NCBI RefSeq assembly: GCF_001194135.2
Contig: NC_068997.1
Coordinates: 7,781,759 to 7,845,758, forward strand
From: Octopus bimaculoides
Lineage: Eukaryota
DNA: 64,000 nucleotides
Direction: 5' to 3'
In this document: positions 37,506 to 52,460 of the stretch, piece after piece
Layout: every line of letters begins with the position of its first letter
Numbering within the stretch: the first letter of the stretch is position 1
Notes under the pieces: generated by a model
Seen by the model: the letters and a program-made list of their open reading frames with translations, nothing else
Told to the model about the DNA's origin: nothing
Databases searched by the model: none
Program-made: the position numbers and the translations under genes

Positions 37506-37552
37506 GTTTATCACCCTCTCTCTCATTATATATATATATATATATATATATA

Positions 37553-37874
37553 TACTCTTTTACTTGTTTCAGTCATTTGACTGCGGCCATGCTGGAGCAC
37601 CGACTTTAGTCGAGCAAATCAACCCCAGGACTTATTCTTTGTAAGCCTAGTAGTTATTCTATCGGTCTCTTTAGCCGAACCGCTAAGTTACGGGGACGCA
37701 AACACACCAGCATCAGTTGTCAAGAGATGTTGGGGGGACAAACATATACACACACACATACACATATATATATACATATATACAACGGGCTTCTTTCAGT
37801 TTCTATCTACCAAATCCACTCACAAGGTTTTGGTCGGCCCGAGGCTATAGTAGAAGACACTTGCCCAAGGTGCC
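37553..37874 (-). mobile_element. SINE family A copy (runs into N gap)
   Basis: Reverse complement of family A, CpGs well preserved. Confidence 0.85.
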
Positions 37875-38648
37875 NNNNNNNNNNNNNNNNNNNNNNNNNN
37901 NNNNNNNNNNNNNNNNNNNNNNNNNNNNNNNNNNNNNNNNNNNNNNNNNNNNNNNNNNNNNNNNNNNNNNNNNNNNNNNNNNNNNNNNNNNNNNNNNNNN
38001 NNNNNNNNNNNNNNNNNNNNNNNNNNNNNNNNNNNNNNNNNNNNNNNNNNNNNNNNNNNNNNNNNNNNNNNNNNNNNNNNNNNNNNNNNNNNNNNNNNNN
38101 NNNNNNNNNNNNNNNNNNNNNNNNNNNNNNNNNNNNNNNNNNNNNNNNNNNNNNNNNNNNNNNNNNNNNNNNNNNNNNNNNNNNNNNNNNNNNNNNNNNN
38201 NNNNNNNNNNNNNNNNNNNNNNNNNNNNNNNNNNNNNNNNNNNNNNNNNNNNNNNNNNNNNNNNNNNNNNNNNNNNNNNNNNNNNNNNNNNNNNNNNNNN
38301 NNNNNNNNNNNNNNNNNNNNNNNNNNNNNNNNNNNNNNNNNNNNNNNNNNNNNNNNNNNNNNNNNNNNNNNNNNNNNNNNNNNNNNNNNNNNNNNNNNNN
38401 NNNNNNNNNNNNNNNNNNNNNNNNNNNNNNNNNNNNNNNNNNNNNNNNNNNNNNNNNNNNNNNNNNNNNNNNNNNNNNNNNNNNNNNNNNNNNNNNNNNN
38501 NNNNNNNNNNNNNNNNNNNNNNNNNNNNNNNNNNNNNNNNNNNNNNNNNNNNNNNNNNNNNNNNNNNNNNNNNNNNNNNNNNNNNNNNNNNNNNNNNNNN
38601 NNNNNNNNNNNNNNNNNNNNNNNNNNNNNNNNNNNNNNNNNCCCCTCA

Positions 38649-38683
<35 letters not shown>

Positions 38684-38701
38684 TTATTCATTTATTTATA
38701 C

Positions 38702-38831
38702 AAGGGCATTACTATACAAGAATTCCTCACGCTATGAGGGACTCTAAGGTCAGACTACCATAAAAAAAACTACCATAAAACTACCTTAGAGTCCCTCATA
38801 GTGTGAGGCATTTTTGTATAGTAATGCCCTT
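38702..38831. mobile_element. Small palindromic MITE (49-bp arms)
   Basis: aagggcattactatacaa...actctaaggt / accttagagt...tagtaatgccctt; the spacer contains repeated actaccataaa. Confidence 0.7.
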
Positions 38832-39724
38832 AAATAAATAAATATATTTTGGGAATAAATGATGGATCTTTTTCCCTTATGAGGTTTTTTTCACGCTAGC
38901 TACTTGATAAATTCTTGTAAAAGAATTCATCCTATTATTGAATTTATATATATATGTATATATATATGCATGCAAATGTCTTTATTTCATACTCTGATGG
39001 TTCCAATGACCAACATTTGTCTAGCATGTGGGGGGGGGGCATCAGCAGAATAAATCAAAGTTGGCATCAATTCTTATTTGAAGTTTACTGTCCTCCTAAA
39101 TGGGAAAAGTGGCCATAATGTGTGCATACATTGTATTTTAGCCAGTTCTCTATAATTGAATGCCCTTCCTAACAACTTAACAGAATGTATTAAGTGCATC
39201 TTAACATGGTACAAGAGCTAAAGAAGTTATCATGCCTTTAACATAAGGGTCCTTTTGACCTTGTTCTATCCACTCACCAACCAAACATTTTACACTGTTC
39301 CGACATAACATCATGACAGACATTTACTAACAATAATATATATCCTATATAAGTAGAGAAATTTGAAAAGACAACACGAAACCGGTTATTTCTCAAAATA
39401 CAATGTTTATATACCAAAAAGATTTTATAACATTTTTCTGACATAATTTAAATATATACTTTAACCATGTAACACAAGCCTTCTGTAGTTTTTTCACTCT
39501 TATTATCTTTTATACATCCAACCACGTGCTTTCACATACAAACTTTCTCACCTATATATATATATATATATTGTATTTACATTTTCTACTTCAGTAGTTT
39601 ATATCAAACTTATTAAAATATTGTTGTTAACACACAACGTAATGCTTGTTACAGACTCCACATTGCAAGACAAACGTATAACATTAGTATTGACAGATTT
39701 TGTGCCAGCAGCCATCATCATGCT

Positions 39725-39925
39725 GGATTGTTGCTAATGGACACCATTGCACCAGATAAACATGTAGCACTGTTACTAACAGACACTATGTCATCGGATA
39801 AACATGGAACATGTTACTGACAGGTTCCATGTCAGACAAATGTGCAATATGGTCACTAATGGAAACCATGTCACTAAATAAATGTGTAAGACAAGTACTA
39901 ACAGGTTGCGTACCACCTGACATAT
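39725..39925. repeat. Degenerate tandem repeat, about 40-bp unit
   Basis: Units like ttactaacagacaccatgtcaccagataaacatgtagcactg; related units again at 40590-40712. Confidence 0.6.
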
Positions 39926-40337
39926 AACCACCACATGACTGATTGCCCTACTAGATATAGCAGTTAAATAACCTTCAAATCACACCTCTGTCATATTAAA
40001 AAGGAAAGGTACACTAGATGGTTATGGTTAGAACGATTACCCATTCTGGGACTAAACAAAAATAACAAGAAAAACAAAAATAAATGTGTAACTAGCCACC
40101 TATACTTTTCTCTGCAAAATAGGGATAGTTTATCCTGTTCAGGCTATATTATTAGCATTATTCTGCAATTGAGAATTTAAAATCACTTCTTTAACTTTCT
40201 AATTATTAAAATGTTTTTATGTCCCCACATTTACTAACACATCACATGTCACCAGAGAAATGAGTGACACAATCACCAACGAATATATAAACACTACATC
40301 ACTACATCACATTGTGTAACATCAGTACTAACTAGAC

Positions 40338-40581
40338 CACTGCTTCTCAACTGGGGGCCATGCAAGATTTTGCTGTTAAAATCTATGTATAATAAACTGG
40401 TTATTTTTCTGTTATACACAATATACAATTCCTAATAATGTTTAATCATAAAAATATAAGAGGAGTTTTTAGGCATTGAACAGCTATGAGGCCCCCTGCC
40501 ACACACACACACACACATGCATTCCTGAGCAAAATAGGAATCAAAAGGGGTCTATAGACAAAAAATGGTTGAGAAGCACTG
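40338..40581. mobile_element. hAT-type MITE with an 8-bp target-site duplication
   Basis: TIRs cactgcttctcaac / gttgagaagcactg flanked by the identical 8-mer AACTAGAC (40330-40337 and 40582-40589). Confidence 0.88.
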
Positions 40582-41617
40582 AACTAGACAAATATGTAAC
40601 ACCAAAACTAACAGGTCACTTGTTGCCAAACGAAATGTGTAAGAACAGTGTTTCTAACCAGACAAATGTATAACTGTTATGAACAGACACCATGTCACCA
40701 GATAAATGCTGCTGGCTCATGAATCAACTCAGAAAAACAAATTAAATCTGAAACATGATATACATACATACATACATACATACATATGTGTGTGTGTGTG
40801 TGTGCTTGTGAAATAATCACTAAGTTTCCCTTTCCTAGTTTAAGAGTGTTTATTGGTCCAGCAGCCAACATGTTCTGAAAAAGAACTTAAACAAAAATGT
40901 CCAGGAGTGTCAATTCCAGTCAAGATTATTATTTATGCAACTAAACTCATCAACTCTAAGCATTTATATTATAATTGCTAATCAGGAATGAAACATTACC
41001 ACATTGCTATCAAAGACAAATCTCATCAGAGCCAGTTTTATATTTCATCAAAAAAGCTAAAGAATTGCTCAAGTGCTGGGCTCAATGTGATTAGCTGCAA
41101 CCCGGCCCACGATATTTTGGTCTGGTGCCTAGGAAAGGAATTATTATTGGCAGTGAGTGGGCAGAGTCGTTACCAAAATGCTTAGAGGCATTTTGTCCGT
41201 CTTTATGTTCTGAGTTTAAATTCTGTCGTGGTTGACTTTGCCATTCATTGTTCTGGGGTCAGTGTGCATTGGACTCAATTCAATCAACTAACTCCCTTCC
41301 ACCAAATTTCAGCCTTCTGTCTGTAGCAGAAAAAGGGTTATTGGTGCTGGAAGAACCATTACTTTCAGAGTTCAGATCCCATCAAGGTTACGTCTAGCAT
41401 TTGTCTCTCCAGGGTCAATAAAAGATCAGTCAAGTACCTGGTGTCAACCTAATCAATTAGTCCCTCACCTCAAAACTGCCAGCCTTCTGCTTAAATTAGA
41501 AATCGTTAAAAAGCAGTGGAATGGTGAGAATCATTTGAGTATTAGGGTCCAGCAATATTTCTTTCTAAGTTTTGAGTTCAAATCCCACCAAAATCAACTT
41601 TGCCTTTTACCTGTTGG

Positions 41618-41882
41618 GGGGCGTAGCTCATGGTTGTAAGGTTGTGAGTTTGACTCCCAGCAGTGTGTCCTTGAGCAAGACACTTTATTTTGCCATGCTC
41701 TAGCCCACTCAACTAGCAGAAATGAGTGGCACCTGTAAATTCAAAGAGTCGTCAGCCTTGTCACATTCTGTGTCAGGCTGAATCTCCCCCAAGAACTACA
41801 TTTAAGGGTCTGTGGAGAACTCAACCACTTGCATGTTTAATTTCATGAGCAGGCTGTTCTGTTAATCAATTCAATTGGAACA
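41618..41882 (+). mobile_element. tRNA-derived SINE family C
   Basis: ggcgtagctc...gtgtccttgagcaagacact...ccttgtcacattctgtgtc.gctgaatctc. Homologs at 13165-13590(-) and 57305-57590(+). Confidence 0.7.
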
Positions 41883-42519
41883 TTCATTATTGTAACTAAC
41901 GGAGAACTCTGGCCAGGCCATTTGGGAACAATAAAATAAATACCAGTTCAACAAGGGATGGGGTGGGGTCGATGTAATCAGCTTACCCCTCCCCTTATAA
42001 ACTGCAGAGCTTGTGCTAAGATTAAGAAGAATTATCATTATTAGTATTATTATTTGCATTATTATGTCAGCTAAAACTATGTCTGATATATCACCACATT
42101 TCTGGCAGAAATGTCTGTCAATGACCTCCAAGAATTCTTTGTCATGTTTCACAGAGGGAAAAAATTAAGTGTTTACTTCCAGGATAGGAAAGAAAAAAAA
42201 CAAAAAAAACCCCCAGAAAATAGAAATGGCAAGTGTCATTCCATTCATGCAAAGTAGTAAGTTGTGGAAGTATATTTACAGCCAAACAGTTGTGAAGAAC
42301 AACAGCTAAAAGACAGAACAACCAAAAAGTATGTTTACAGTAAAGGTTTTGAATTGTCAACATTAAAATTATTGTTTATCTCCAATGGTCACCTGTTAGA
42401 GTGCAGTGGACATTTGGGAGGAAGAAAGGAGGGATTTTATGGTTGACCGCTGAAATAGCTGCTGCCATAATGCACAGTGCACCCAACACCTGCAGACACC
42501 GAATGAATGGGTTAACCTA

Positions 42520-42638
42520 CTGATGATGATGATGATAATGATGATGATGATAATGATGATGATAATGATGATGATGATAGTGATGATGATGATAGTGATG
42601 ATGATGATGATGATGATGATAATGATGATGATGATGAT
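42520..42638. repeat. (ATG)n microsatellite with ATA interruptions
   Basis: Direct reading. Confidence 0.95.
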
Positions 42639-45600
42639 TAGTCTCCCTCAGGCTCTCTCCCTGATCGAGCTGATATACGTTCAAAGAAATTTTAGTCCAG
42701 CTGTCTCCCCACACATCTTTTTCTCAGATATAGAACATCTATGATTTACATTATCTTTAACAAGATAGCATTAGGGTGTGATTTAGAGGAAATGTGGTTG
42801 GTATTTCTAGTAGAGTGAGTGGCTACATATTCATGAACACCCGATATTTCTCTCCAGTCATTCCCAGATCATGCAGTCAGACTATGCTTCAGTGATGAGG
42901 TCTAACAAGACCGGAACATGTCCAGAGTTGTCCTGAAATTGTTATACAACAAACTATCTACTGCATTCTATTTTTAAATAAAATTTAGGACTATATTTTT
43001 TGTCTTTTTTTTTTATCTCTCCAATTTTTATATTTTTATTTGTTTTTAATTCTCCAATCATTTTTATCTTTATCCTTATTTTTTTTTTTTACCAGATTTA
43101 GTCAGATAATGGTTGGCTGTCATCACTAAAGATGCAATTTTAATTAATTAAAATTTCTTGGCTGCTGATGAGATCAAGTATGCTAGCACCTACTTTACTA
43201 ATTAGAATAACTTTATGTACAGGAACCCTTTTCATTTCTCCATTCGTCAGATAAGCCAAGTGGCATCCACCAATGACATTCCCTGGTGAGATTGTATGTG
43301 AATGCTGTAGTTTAGCCCTAGGTCAGTCCTGATCAAACAGACACATGGTCAAAAGCATTCCAACCATGTTTTCTCTGCTATTCTACCTCATCACTTAATA
43401 TGCCAAATTTCCCTAAATTCCATTACCATCATCATCATCACATTATTTATACAATCTTAAAAGAGGTAGATATAGTTGATGCTTTGGGGAAAACATTGGT
43501 AGAAGAGCGAGTGCCAAAAAAATGCAGTTATGGGTAAAACTACTCTTGGAGGTGTGATTAAACTTTGGAGAATCATCATCATCATCATCATCTGCATATT
43601 CCAAGCATTAAATATTCAAATCTTCTGTAAGCATTTCTTTGAATTTCTCCAAGATATTTAGTTTTTTATTCCACCAGTTCAACAAGCTGGAATAGATACA
43701 AAGTTTTTCTCTGTGAATTAACTGCAACACAAACAGTATTCTACCAATGTTTAATGGAAGAGAAACCCATGATTAAACATTAACCTTATGCATTACAGTG
43801 TGTTCTTGAAAGGAATGGTTGGAGTCACAGACTGAAATATCCCTTATGCTATGTAAAAAGCACCTGTATCAGGGCCATGTAAAAGCACCTGTGTTGGTGC
43901 CCCCTAAAAAGCAATCAATACACTCTGTAAAGTGCTTGTTGTTTGGCAGGGCATCCAGTCATAGAAGCCATGCCAAAACAGTCAAACCATCCAACCCATG
44001 CCAGCATGGAAAACGGATGTTAAATGATGATGATGATGAACTTGAAGATAATAACAGTGATTTCTGAGAAAGGAAACAAAGTTTCAAATTTGAGAGCTGA
44101 TTAAATCAACTCCAGTACTCAATAGCTAGATGTGAGTCACTTGGAAGCAAAGCAGACAATAGATGCTTGAACAATATCATCTAACATTATTTTGTGTGTG
44201 TGTGTGTGTGTATGTGTGTACATGAATGTTGATATTCTACACTTGTCACTACAAGAGAGGAATGGTAATGATGCATTATGAGCAGCTGTTCTGTATCTTC
44301 AAAAGATTCCTAGATTGAAAAAAATCCTTTACTTGAAAACTGGGTACGGCTTACTGATGGAGCATTGTCCAGTTGTTAAATCCTGCCATCTTATCCATGC
44401 TGACATGGAAAACGGCTATAAAATGAACAAATAAACTGACGCATACATACATGAAGATATATATAATAGACACATACACATGCATACATACACACACACA
44501 CACACACACACACTGCCTGCTAGCAACTTTTTTCTATCTTATAAGAGTGAATAATCTTTCTCTGCTGTTTTTCACAGCTATACGCCATTCAAAATTTACT
44601 CTTTTGTCTGTAAAATACCAACATATTTGACGCTTCCAGAACATATATAGATATATGTGTGTGTGTGTGTATAAATATTTATGCACATACATACACATGT
44701 ATCAATCCATCCATCCATACATACATACATAGATTTTATAGTTGTTACTCTCAAGTGATGCCAACTGTGAAGGATTAAATATATCAGCAATAATATTCAG
44801 TTGAAAACAAGATGGTAACGGTGGTGGTGGTGGTGGTGGTGGTGGCGGCAGCAGCTGCAGTCTGTTTGCAGGGTATCAACAGTAACTAATAGACAGGCTT
44901 GGAATGGATTAACCGAAATGTGATTGTTTTATAGCAACTTAGAAAGTCTCTTTATTTCAAGAGTCTAAAATGACCCAACAATGGAGAAATTCTTTGAAAA
45001 AGACAAAAAAAAAGTTGTTTAAGAAAATAAGAAACAAAAAGGAAAGAATAAACAAATGGAGATGTGTTGATGAATTCAAATCTGAAATTTATAAAACATT
45101 AACTATTTTTACCTACCAACACCAATCGGATGTCAAAATTGCAAACAAAGAAATGTGGAGAATTGTGGATTATTAATTAGGCTTAGTTGAAAATAAATAT
45201 GGTAATAAATGAACAGATGACAAGTGTAGGTTGGTCACTTATATAAAACTACTAATTGACAACATTTATGGCTACTAATTTCCCCTCTGTTATGATACAA
45301 GACATCTTGCCTCAATTTACTCGTTGGTCCTGCTTGATTACAATGTTATGTAGACTTAGTGTTTCTATTCAGATTTTTTTTTCTTTTTTTTTTCTTTCTT
45401 TCTTTTTCTTCTCTCTCTTTCTTTCACTAAGTAGCTATTTAACAGAATATGATAATAGCTATTATTATTTCAGCTTGGGCAATGAGAATGGTGTAGACAT
45501 ATGACTGAAATAATAGAGGGCAGGCAAGGAGGGGGGAGGGGTAAGTAAATACTGCCAGTTGTAGAAGTCAAATTTGTCCCTCTTGGTTCCAAGTTCCAAT

Positions 45601-47344
45601 CTTGTCTTTTAACACTCCAAGAACACAAGATTGTCCATTTTTGCTACTTTTTTCCTTTTTTAAATTTTGGTCAGTCTTGTAGCAGCCAAATCAAAATAAA
45701 TCATTGCGTGACAGAAATTTCACATTATTTAGATCCAATGTTTATAAGAAACTTTGGTTGGAATCCACCTCATTTGGGGGTGACTTTCTTCTTTTGTCCT
45801 TCTAGAAGATGGGTGAGTGGGGAGAGAGTATCAATAAATTAAGAAGTAATTGATCTTACCATTCTACGCCTTACAGAAAATGGTATTATTCAGCACAACA
45901 GAGGTTGCCGTGTTTTAGCCCCATGTCAACCCTGATTGAGATGACCTATGGTCAAAGGTATTCCATTCATGACCATCCCATCAATTTTGTTTTTGTCCAG
46001 ACACTGTCTCTTCGACCTCATTATACAATGTGTCCTTCCCATTTTTTTAAAGCTTGTTGGGTATATGTGATGGATTTGGCTGCTATTTCTAGCAGGTCAA
46101 GTAACCATCTTACAGCCTCCTCAATGAAATAATGAAGTGCTAAGACTATATTTATTTAAGGAGTTCCACTACTCCCTTAATTCTAAGTTCATATCCCAAT
46201 CCTGATAGAAGCAACTTTGTCTTATATTCCTCACATGTTCACAAAATAACTACCAGTAATAAACCGGGAGGTAACATAACCCCTTTACACCATTCATCTT
46301 CTGTCAAAGAAAATGGTTGCCTTAGCATGGCACTGGGACAGCTGAGATCAAGGTTGTAAGTGGAATTTCCTAAAACATGCAAAAATTTCACAGGCAAATT
46401 ATAAAACACACACACACACACACACACACCACTTAAACTACTTGTCACAAAACTACCTCCTTAAATATTACAACCCTTCAGTTGACGGATCATGTCAGGT
46501 ACTTGGTGACCTCACTCATGCTGGTGCCAGATAAAAAGCATCCAATAGACTCTGGAGTGGTTGGCATTAGGAAGAGCAATCCAGCCTTAAAGCAGACAAT
46601 AGAGTTTGGTGCAGTTTTCTGCTTTTCTGCCAGCTCCTGTCAAACCATCCAACCCATGCTAGTATGGAAGGAGAAATATTAAATGATGGTCTCACACACA
46701 CACACATGTGTGTGTGTGTGTGTGTGTGTGTGTATTACTGTCTCCTTGCCTTAACATCATGTGATAGATGTAAATGAGTGTCACTTCCAATCTTCCAAGA
46801 CAGAACTGGTGATGGGGAAAAATTGCTTTACTTGGAAATGAGTGAAGGTTAGTGACAGGAAGGGCATCCAGCTGTAGAAAATCCACCTCAAAAAACTGTC
46901 CACTTTTCCAAGTGAGCATGGAGAAGAGAACACTAAAATGATGATGACATTCCTTCTTACTATCAGCCCCTTCACACTTACTTCGTTCATTCCATTCTTC
47001 GTTCCCCTTCATACTCACCTTCCCTCCTCTTTCACTTCACTCTGTCCCTTTCATCTTTTCCCTGTTTATTTTTTTTTCTGTCCTTGTTTTTGTATACATT
47101 CACTGCTTTCTTCCAAGGAATCTAGTGCTCTTGGCTTAGTTTTTCCTTGGGCCTGGCCAGATTGGAGCAATCTCAAATATAACCAACCAAAATTGCAAAG
47201 ATAATCTGAAACTCGACTGAGGAAAGAAGACCCCAAATGACCCATCCGTGTTTTCTTTGTATCCTCTGTCTGGATGTCTTGTCCATTTTTGTATCACCTA
47301 ACTGTCTGGATGTTTTGCATTCTTGTCCCATTTTTGTATTTTAA

Positions 47345-47383
<39 letters not shown>

Positions 47384-47395
47384 TATATAGAACAG

Positions 47396-47436
<41 letters not shown>

Positions 47437-47955
47437 TCCTTATGGATTTGAAAACTGAGTTGCCAATTTTGATGTATGACATATCAAAAGATTTAGTAAT
47501 CTTTTGGCTACCATATAAAGTTTGTTTTTTGCACAACTCTTTTTGGCTACAAAAATAACCTCGGAAACGAGGTCAGGTTGTACAATTTTGAGGTCATTAA
47601 CTAAGGGAGGCAAATCAACCAGAACAATTGTTATGTCTTAGATAGAGCATAATGAGAAAATGTTTAGAACACGTGGAGTTTTACCGGGGAAAGAAACTTC
47701 GAAGGTATATCATCAACTTTATTAGTTGGGAAAATGCTTTCTACTATAGCCCTAGGCCAACCACAGACTTCTGACTGAATTTGATAGATGGAAACTGCAG
47801 TGTTGTTTATCAGGAAATGACCAAAAACCATGTTTATAAAGAAGAGCTGTTTGATCCATACTACTTATGTGCCAATTCTGACCATAAGAAAGGAACAAAT
47901 ATTACAAAGTGGCTGTAGGTCATAACCCCTAGGCACCACCGGGGTGCATTGCTAG

Positions 47956-47997
<42 letters not shown>

Positions 47998-48904
47998 AGA
48001 ACTGCAGTAGGTTAGTTCTGATAGACTAAGTTGATAACTGAATATGACATTCAACAAGGTTTTAGAAACAAAAATTTAAAAGATTTCAAAGTAATAAGCA
48101 ACCCAAATTAAAAAGAAATATTTGCATGCCACCCTGAAAAGTATGTTTGTTACTTTGTTACCCAATGTAGCAACTCTGACTGAAGTAGCAAAATGGTTTT
48201 TGATGATGCAGAAGTAATTTTGAAGTGGACAGAGGTAAGCCGAGACCATTGGGCTCAGTACTTGACTGCTACTTAATTAACTCCAAGAGGATAAAAGGTA
48301 ATTGACCTCTGCAGGATTTGAACTCAGATCATAAAAAGCCAGAAGACTCCAGTGATCCTATCAGTTGTAGAACTAACTTAACCTTTTATTCCTTATCTTG
48401 GAATTGATTCAGTCAACCATATCTCTCCATGGTCTCAGGTTTCAGCCATGGGACAGTGGAGGTGGAGGTGGTGTAGAAAAACAGTAACAATGCACTCAAT
48501 ACCATGGATAGACATGCCAAAAAAATCTTACCAGTCAATAGTTTGATGTCTTGTTTTAGTGCACGTAAAAAGCACCAGCTGATCGTGGCCGATGCCAGTA
48601 TCCCCTGACTGGCTCTTGTGCAGGTGGCACGTAAGAAACACCTTTTGAGCGTGGTCGTTGCCAGTACCCACTGAATGGGCTCCTGTGCCGGTGGCAAGTA
48701 AAAAGAATCCACTACACTCTCAAAGTGGTTGGCATTAAAGAAGGGCATCCAGCTGTAGAAACATTGCCAGATCAGATTGGAGCCTGGTGCAATTGCTGGC
48801 TTTCCAGACCTCAGTCACACCGTCCAACCAATGCCAGCATGGAAAATGGACGTTAAATGATGATGATGATGATGATATATGTATGTATTTTTTATCTTTT
48901 ATCA

Positions 48905-49215
48905 CCTTGAAGGATTTTTAGTTGAATGGATTGACTCCAGGACTTATGTTTTTTCAGCCTGGTTCTTATTTTATCAGACTCTTTTGCCAAACTGCTAAGT
49001 TATGGGGATGTAAACACACCAACACTGGTTGTCAAGCAGTGGTGGGTTACACACACACACACACACACACAATGGGATTCTTTTTGATTCCCTCTATGAA
49101 ATCCATTCTCAAAGTTTTTGTCTGAGGCTAAAGTAGAAGATGTGTCATGCAGTGGAACTGAACTAGGAACTCTGCAGCTGGGAAGCAAGCTTCTTACCAC
49201 AGAGCCACACCTGTG
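48905..49215 (-). mobile_element. SINE family A copy (diverged)
   Basis: Reverse complement of family A. Confidence 0.75.
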
Positions 49216-50021
49216 CCAGTGTATGCTGAAAACTTAGATGGCTCAATGAATATGGATGGATAAATAAGAAGATGGCTGGTGAGTGTTTTGGTTCTGAGGT
49301 CAGTGACATGCAGAGAGAAAGAAAAAAAATTAATTCAGCTTGGAGTGTTTCGTTTTTAAATTTGTAATGGTTTCTATGGAAAGAAATGGTGATGGTGGTG
49401 GGAGATAAAAAGAAAAATAAACAAAGAAAAATAAATAAAACAAAATGGGAAGAAAGAAATAAGGAAAAGAAAAACAAAAAAGACAAGCAAAACATTTATA
49501 AATAAGGAAAAGGATGAGTAAATAAAATAAAAAGAAAAGAAACAAAAGAGATTAAATGAAAAGAGTTTGCAAAGAAGAAAGAGGAAATGTAGATTATTTG
49601 AAATATTTTTAATCTCCAGCATCCAGGGAATCCATTAAGAGAGGGAGGGGGGAAGAGAAGAAGAAGAAGAAAAAGAGAAGGGGAGGGAAACATTGGGAAA
49701 CACACATTTAGGCTTTATCTCTAAAGTAAATGTAAGCTAAGAGAGAACCAAGACTACATTGTAGGTTCAATTCCCGGTTGAGTCATTGGATTTCACTCTT
49801 TATAAAACTGACTTCCAGCCTTCATCAAGAGAGGTAGACAGATCTAGGCAATGACATGGCAATAACACTCTCCTCAAAGACAAGGTATTTGGTGATATTT
49901 CAAACAACCAGCAAAGATTAGGTTAACTAATGTTGTGTTCTGTGTGTGTACAGCCATTGTCATAATGCACAAACATATCTGTGTGCTTAAAAAGTTTGTT
50001 TCCTAACCAAACAGTTCCTTA

Positions 50022-50285
50022 GAAAATTACTATTTTTAAATCTCACAACGAGAGATATTCAGCAACAGTACTTTGGAGTAAGACGAATGTTGCTGTAATT
50101 TAGCCCCAGGAGACATTGTCTCCAGCTGGAGAGTGTGGGGTGCTAGATTCCCTTGTTCGAAAATATAAGGACACAGATTGTGTCATACAGCCAGCTGGAG
50201 ACGATGTCTCCTGGGGCTAAATTACAGCAACATTCGTCCTAAACCAGGACTGCCATGTTATGTTGGCAAACAATCTTTACTCCAA
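50022..50285. mobile_element. Palindromic repeat, copy 2
   Basis: Same arms and flanks as 13640-13900, with the central spacer in the opposite orientation. Confidence 0.75.
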
Positions 50286-50671
50286 ATGGTTCCTGTTCCA
50301 ATCCCTCTACATGGGAGAGAGAAACTGAAAGAAGCCCATCATGTGTTTGTGTGTGTGTGTGTGTGTACAGTGGACTTCCACAGTTTCTGTCAACCAAATC
50401 CATTCCTGAGGCATCAGTTTGCCTGAGGCTATAGTAGAAGTCAGTTTCTCTAGGTGCTGCACACTGAGGATGAACCCAAAACCATGTGGTTGCAAAGTGA
50501 GCTTCTTAACTGCACAACCATGCTTGTGCCTAGAGAAAAGCCAACCCTCTAAAACTGGGGCCTTCACAACCACATAACAAGTTCAAATGGTGAAAAAAGA
50601 CAACGCATAACAGGTTTTTTTTGTGGTTAGGAGTGCCACTCCACTGATCTCGCACAAACCATTAATAATCC

Positions 50672-50890
50672 TTTTTACTATAGGCACAAGAGCTGAAATT
50701 TGGGGGGAGGGGGATAGTCAATTACATCGACCCCAAAATGCAACTGGTACTTAATTTATCGACCCTGAAAGGATGAAAGGCAAAGTCGACCTCAGTGAAA
50801 TTTGAACCCAGAACAAATCCGGAACAATTTGCCTTGAAGCATTCCGTCTGGAATGCTAACAATTCTGCCAGCTTGCTGTTACCTTAATAA
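50672..50890 (-). mobile_element. SINE family B copy
   Basis: Reverse complement of 852-1067, with degenerate (TAA) flanks. Confidence 0.7.
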
Positions 50891-52460
50891 CAATGATAAT
50901 TAGTAACCCAAAATTAGAAATGATAATACAATCAAAATATACACAAACACACACACACATACATACATACATACATAACACCGAATCAAGTATACACGGA
51001 TACACATAACACAACCTCCTGCATTCTTTGGCTTTGGTACCTTAGAGGTAAGGTCACATGACTTGGAAACATCAATAAAATGGGCTGCGATAAATATTAA
51101 TTCAATGTAGAGAAGGGGGAGAAGGAGGAGGAGGAGGAGGAGGAGGAAGACTACTACGACTACTACGACTACTACTACTACTACTGCTGTCAGAAACATT
51201 AAAGAAATCAGTTAGGAATTGGAGAAAAGTAAAAATAATTTCAAAACAAACAGAACAAAATTAGGTTTTTCAATAAAAGATGTTTGATAAAATAGGAAAA
51301 GGTTTTAGCTCACAGACACACAGACAGAGAGAGAGAGAGAGGAGTGATAGCAAAACCATTATGACTTCTTAAGAAATAAATGTAAGACAGCCTAATATCA
51401 AATGGAACACCACTTTGGCAAACAATAAAGGTCACAACTACATATAATGGATATTGTCCGATACCCGAGTTACTACTCTGTGTGTGTGTGTGCGTGTGCG
51501 TGTGTGTCTATACGTCCAGGTGGCTGGTGGGTGAAGGTTTATTTTAAATTTTTGCATCTTCGTTTTATTTATTTATTTTTTTTTTTAAATCTTCTAATTC
51601 ATTCTCTAAATCCGCCCTCCTCCTCCTCCTCCTCCTCCTCCTAACTAAAATATCTCAGCTGACTTTTTCCTCAAGATCTATCATACAGTTACTTTAATGA
51701 TTCTTCATCTGACAGATGCTTGAAGCCACAGAAGATATTTAAGAGAGAGAGAGAGAGAGAGAGAGAAGAGCTGAAGGAAGTGGTAGGATGGCAAAGTTTA
51801 TTCTTTCAGCCACCCCCCACCTCACCCCCACCTAATACTTCTGCCACTCAAAAACAAAATTTAGACATAAATCTGCTCAGTTTGTGATATGCTTCTTACT
51901 GTTCCAGTATCAGTTACCTCATGTATGCACAAAACCAATTTCACGCCTCAATGTTTGGCCAACTACCTCCTTATATCCTTCAGATCCACTCAATCAGAGC
52001 TGACCTCCATGTCAACAAAACAAATTTCTTTGAAGGAATAGGTTCAGCTGATTAATTCAAACCCAGTAGATTTCTGGTATTTGTTTCATTGATTCTATCA
52101 AAATAAAAGTCAGGATCAACTTTGGAGGAATTTCAGAACCCTTAAAGGAATTTGGTCCATTAAGGTATAATGTTTATACTGTTAAATAACCAGCCTTACA
52201 ACTAACAATTAAATAGGAGGCCACAGATTTTTAGAAAAGGAGGAAATTAAATATTTGATGTACTCAGTTTTTGTTCCAAGAACTTGACAGAATAACAACT
52301 TGGAATGAATTTGTGGATTTGTTAAAACATCAGACAAGGTGCCATGTTGTATTCATTCAAACTTCTTACATTCTGGGTCCTCCCAGGTCAACTGCACCGT
52401 TCATTCTTCCAGGGCCCAAAAATAAAGTACCAGTCTAGAATGGTGAAATGGTGGAATCAT

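Noticed and set aside
37717-38763. Long ORFs spanning N runs (also 4549-5408, 22970-23636, 25061-25451, 60602-61018)
   Set aside because: Artefacts of assembly gaps translated as X.
42517-42744. Poly-His/poly-Met and similar low-complexity ORFs (also 37285-37644, 56854-57318, 4392-4773)
   Set aside because: Translations of (ATG)n, (GT)n and (TATG)n microsatellites.
47095-47345. Possible Penelope-type terminal repeat fragment
   Set aside because: Repeat-like, but no complete hammerhead core or ORF is visible, so it cannot be assigned.
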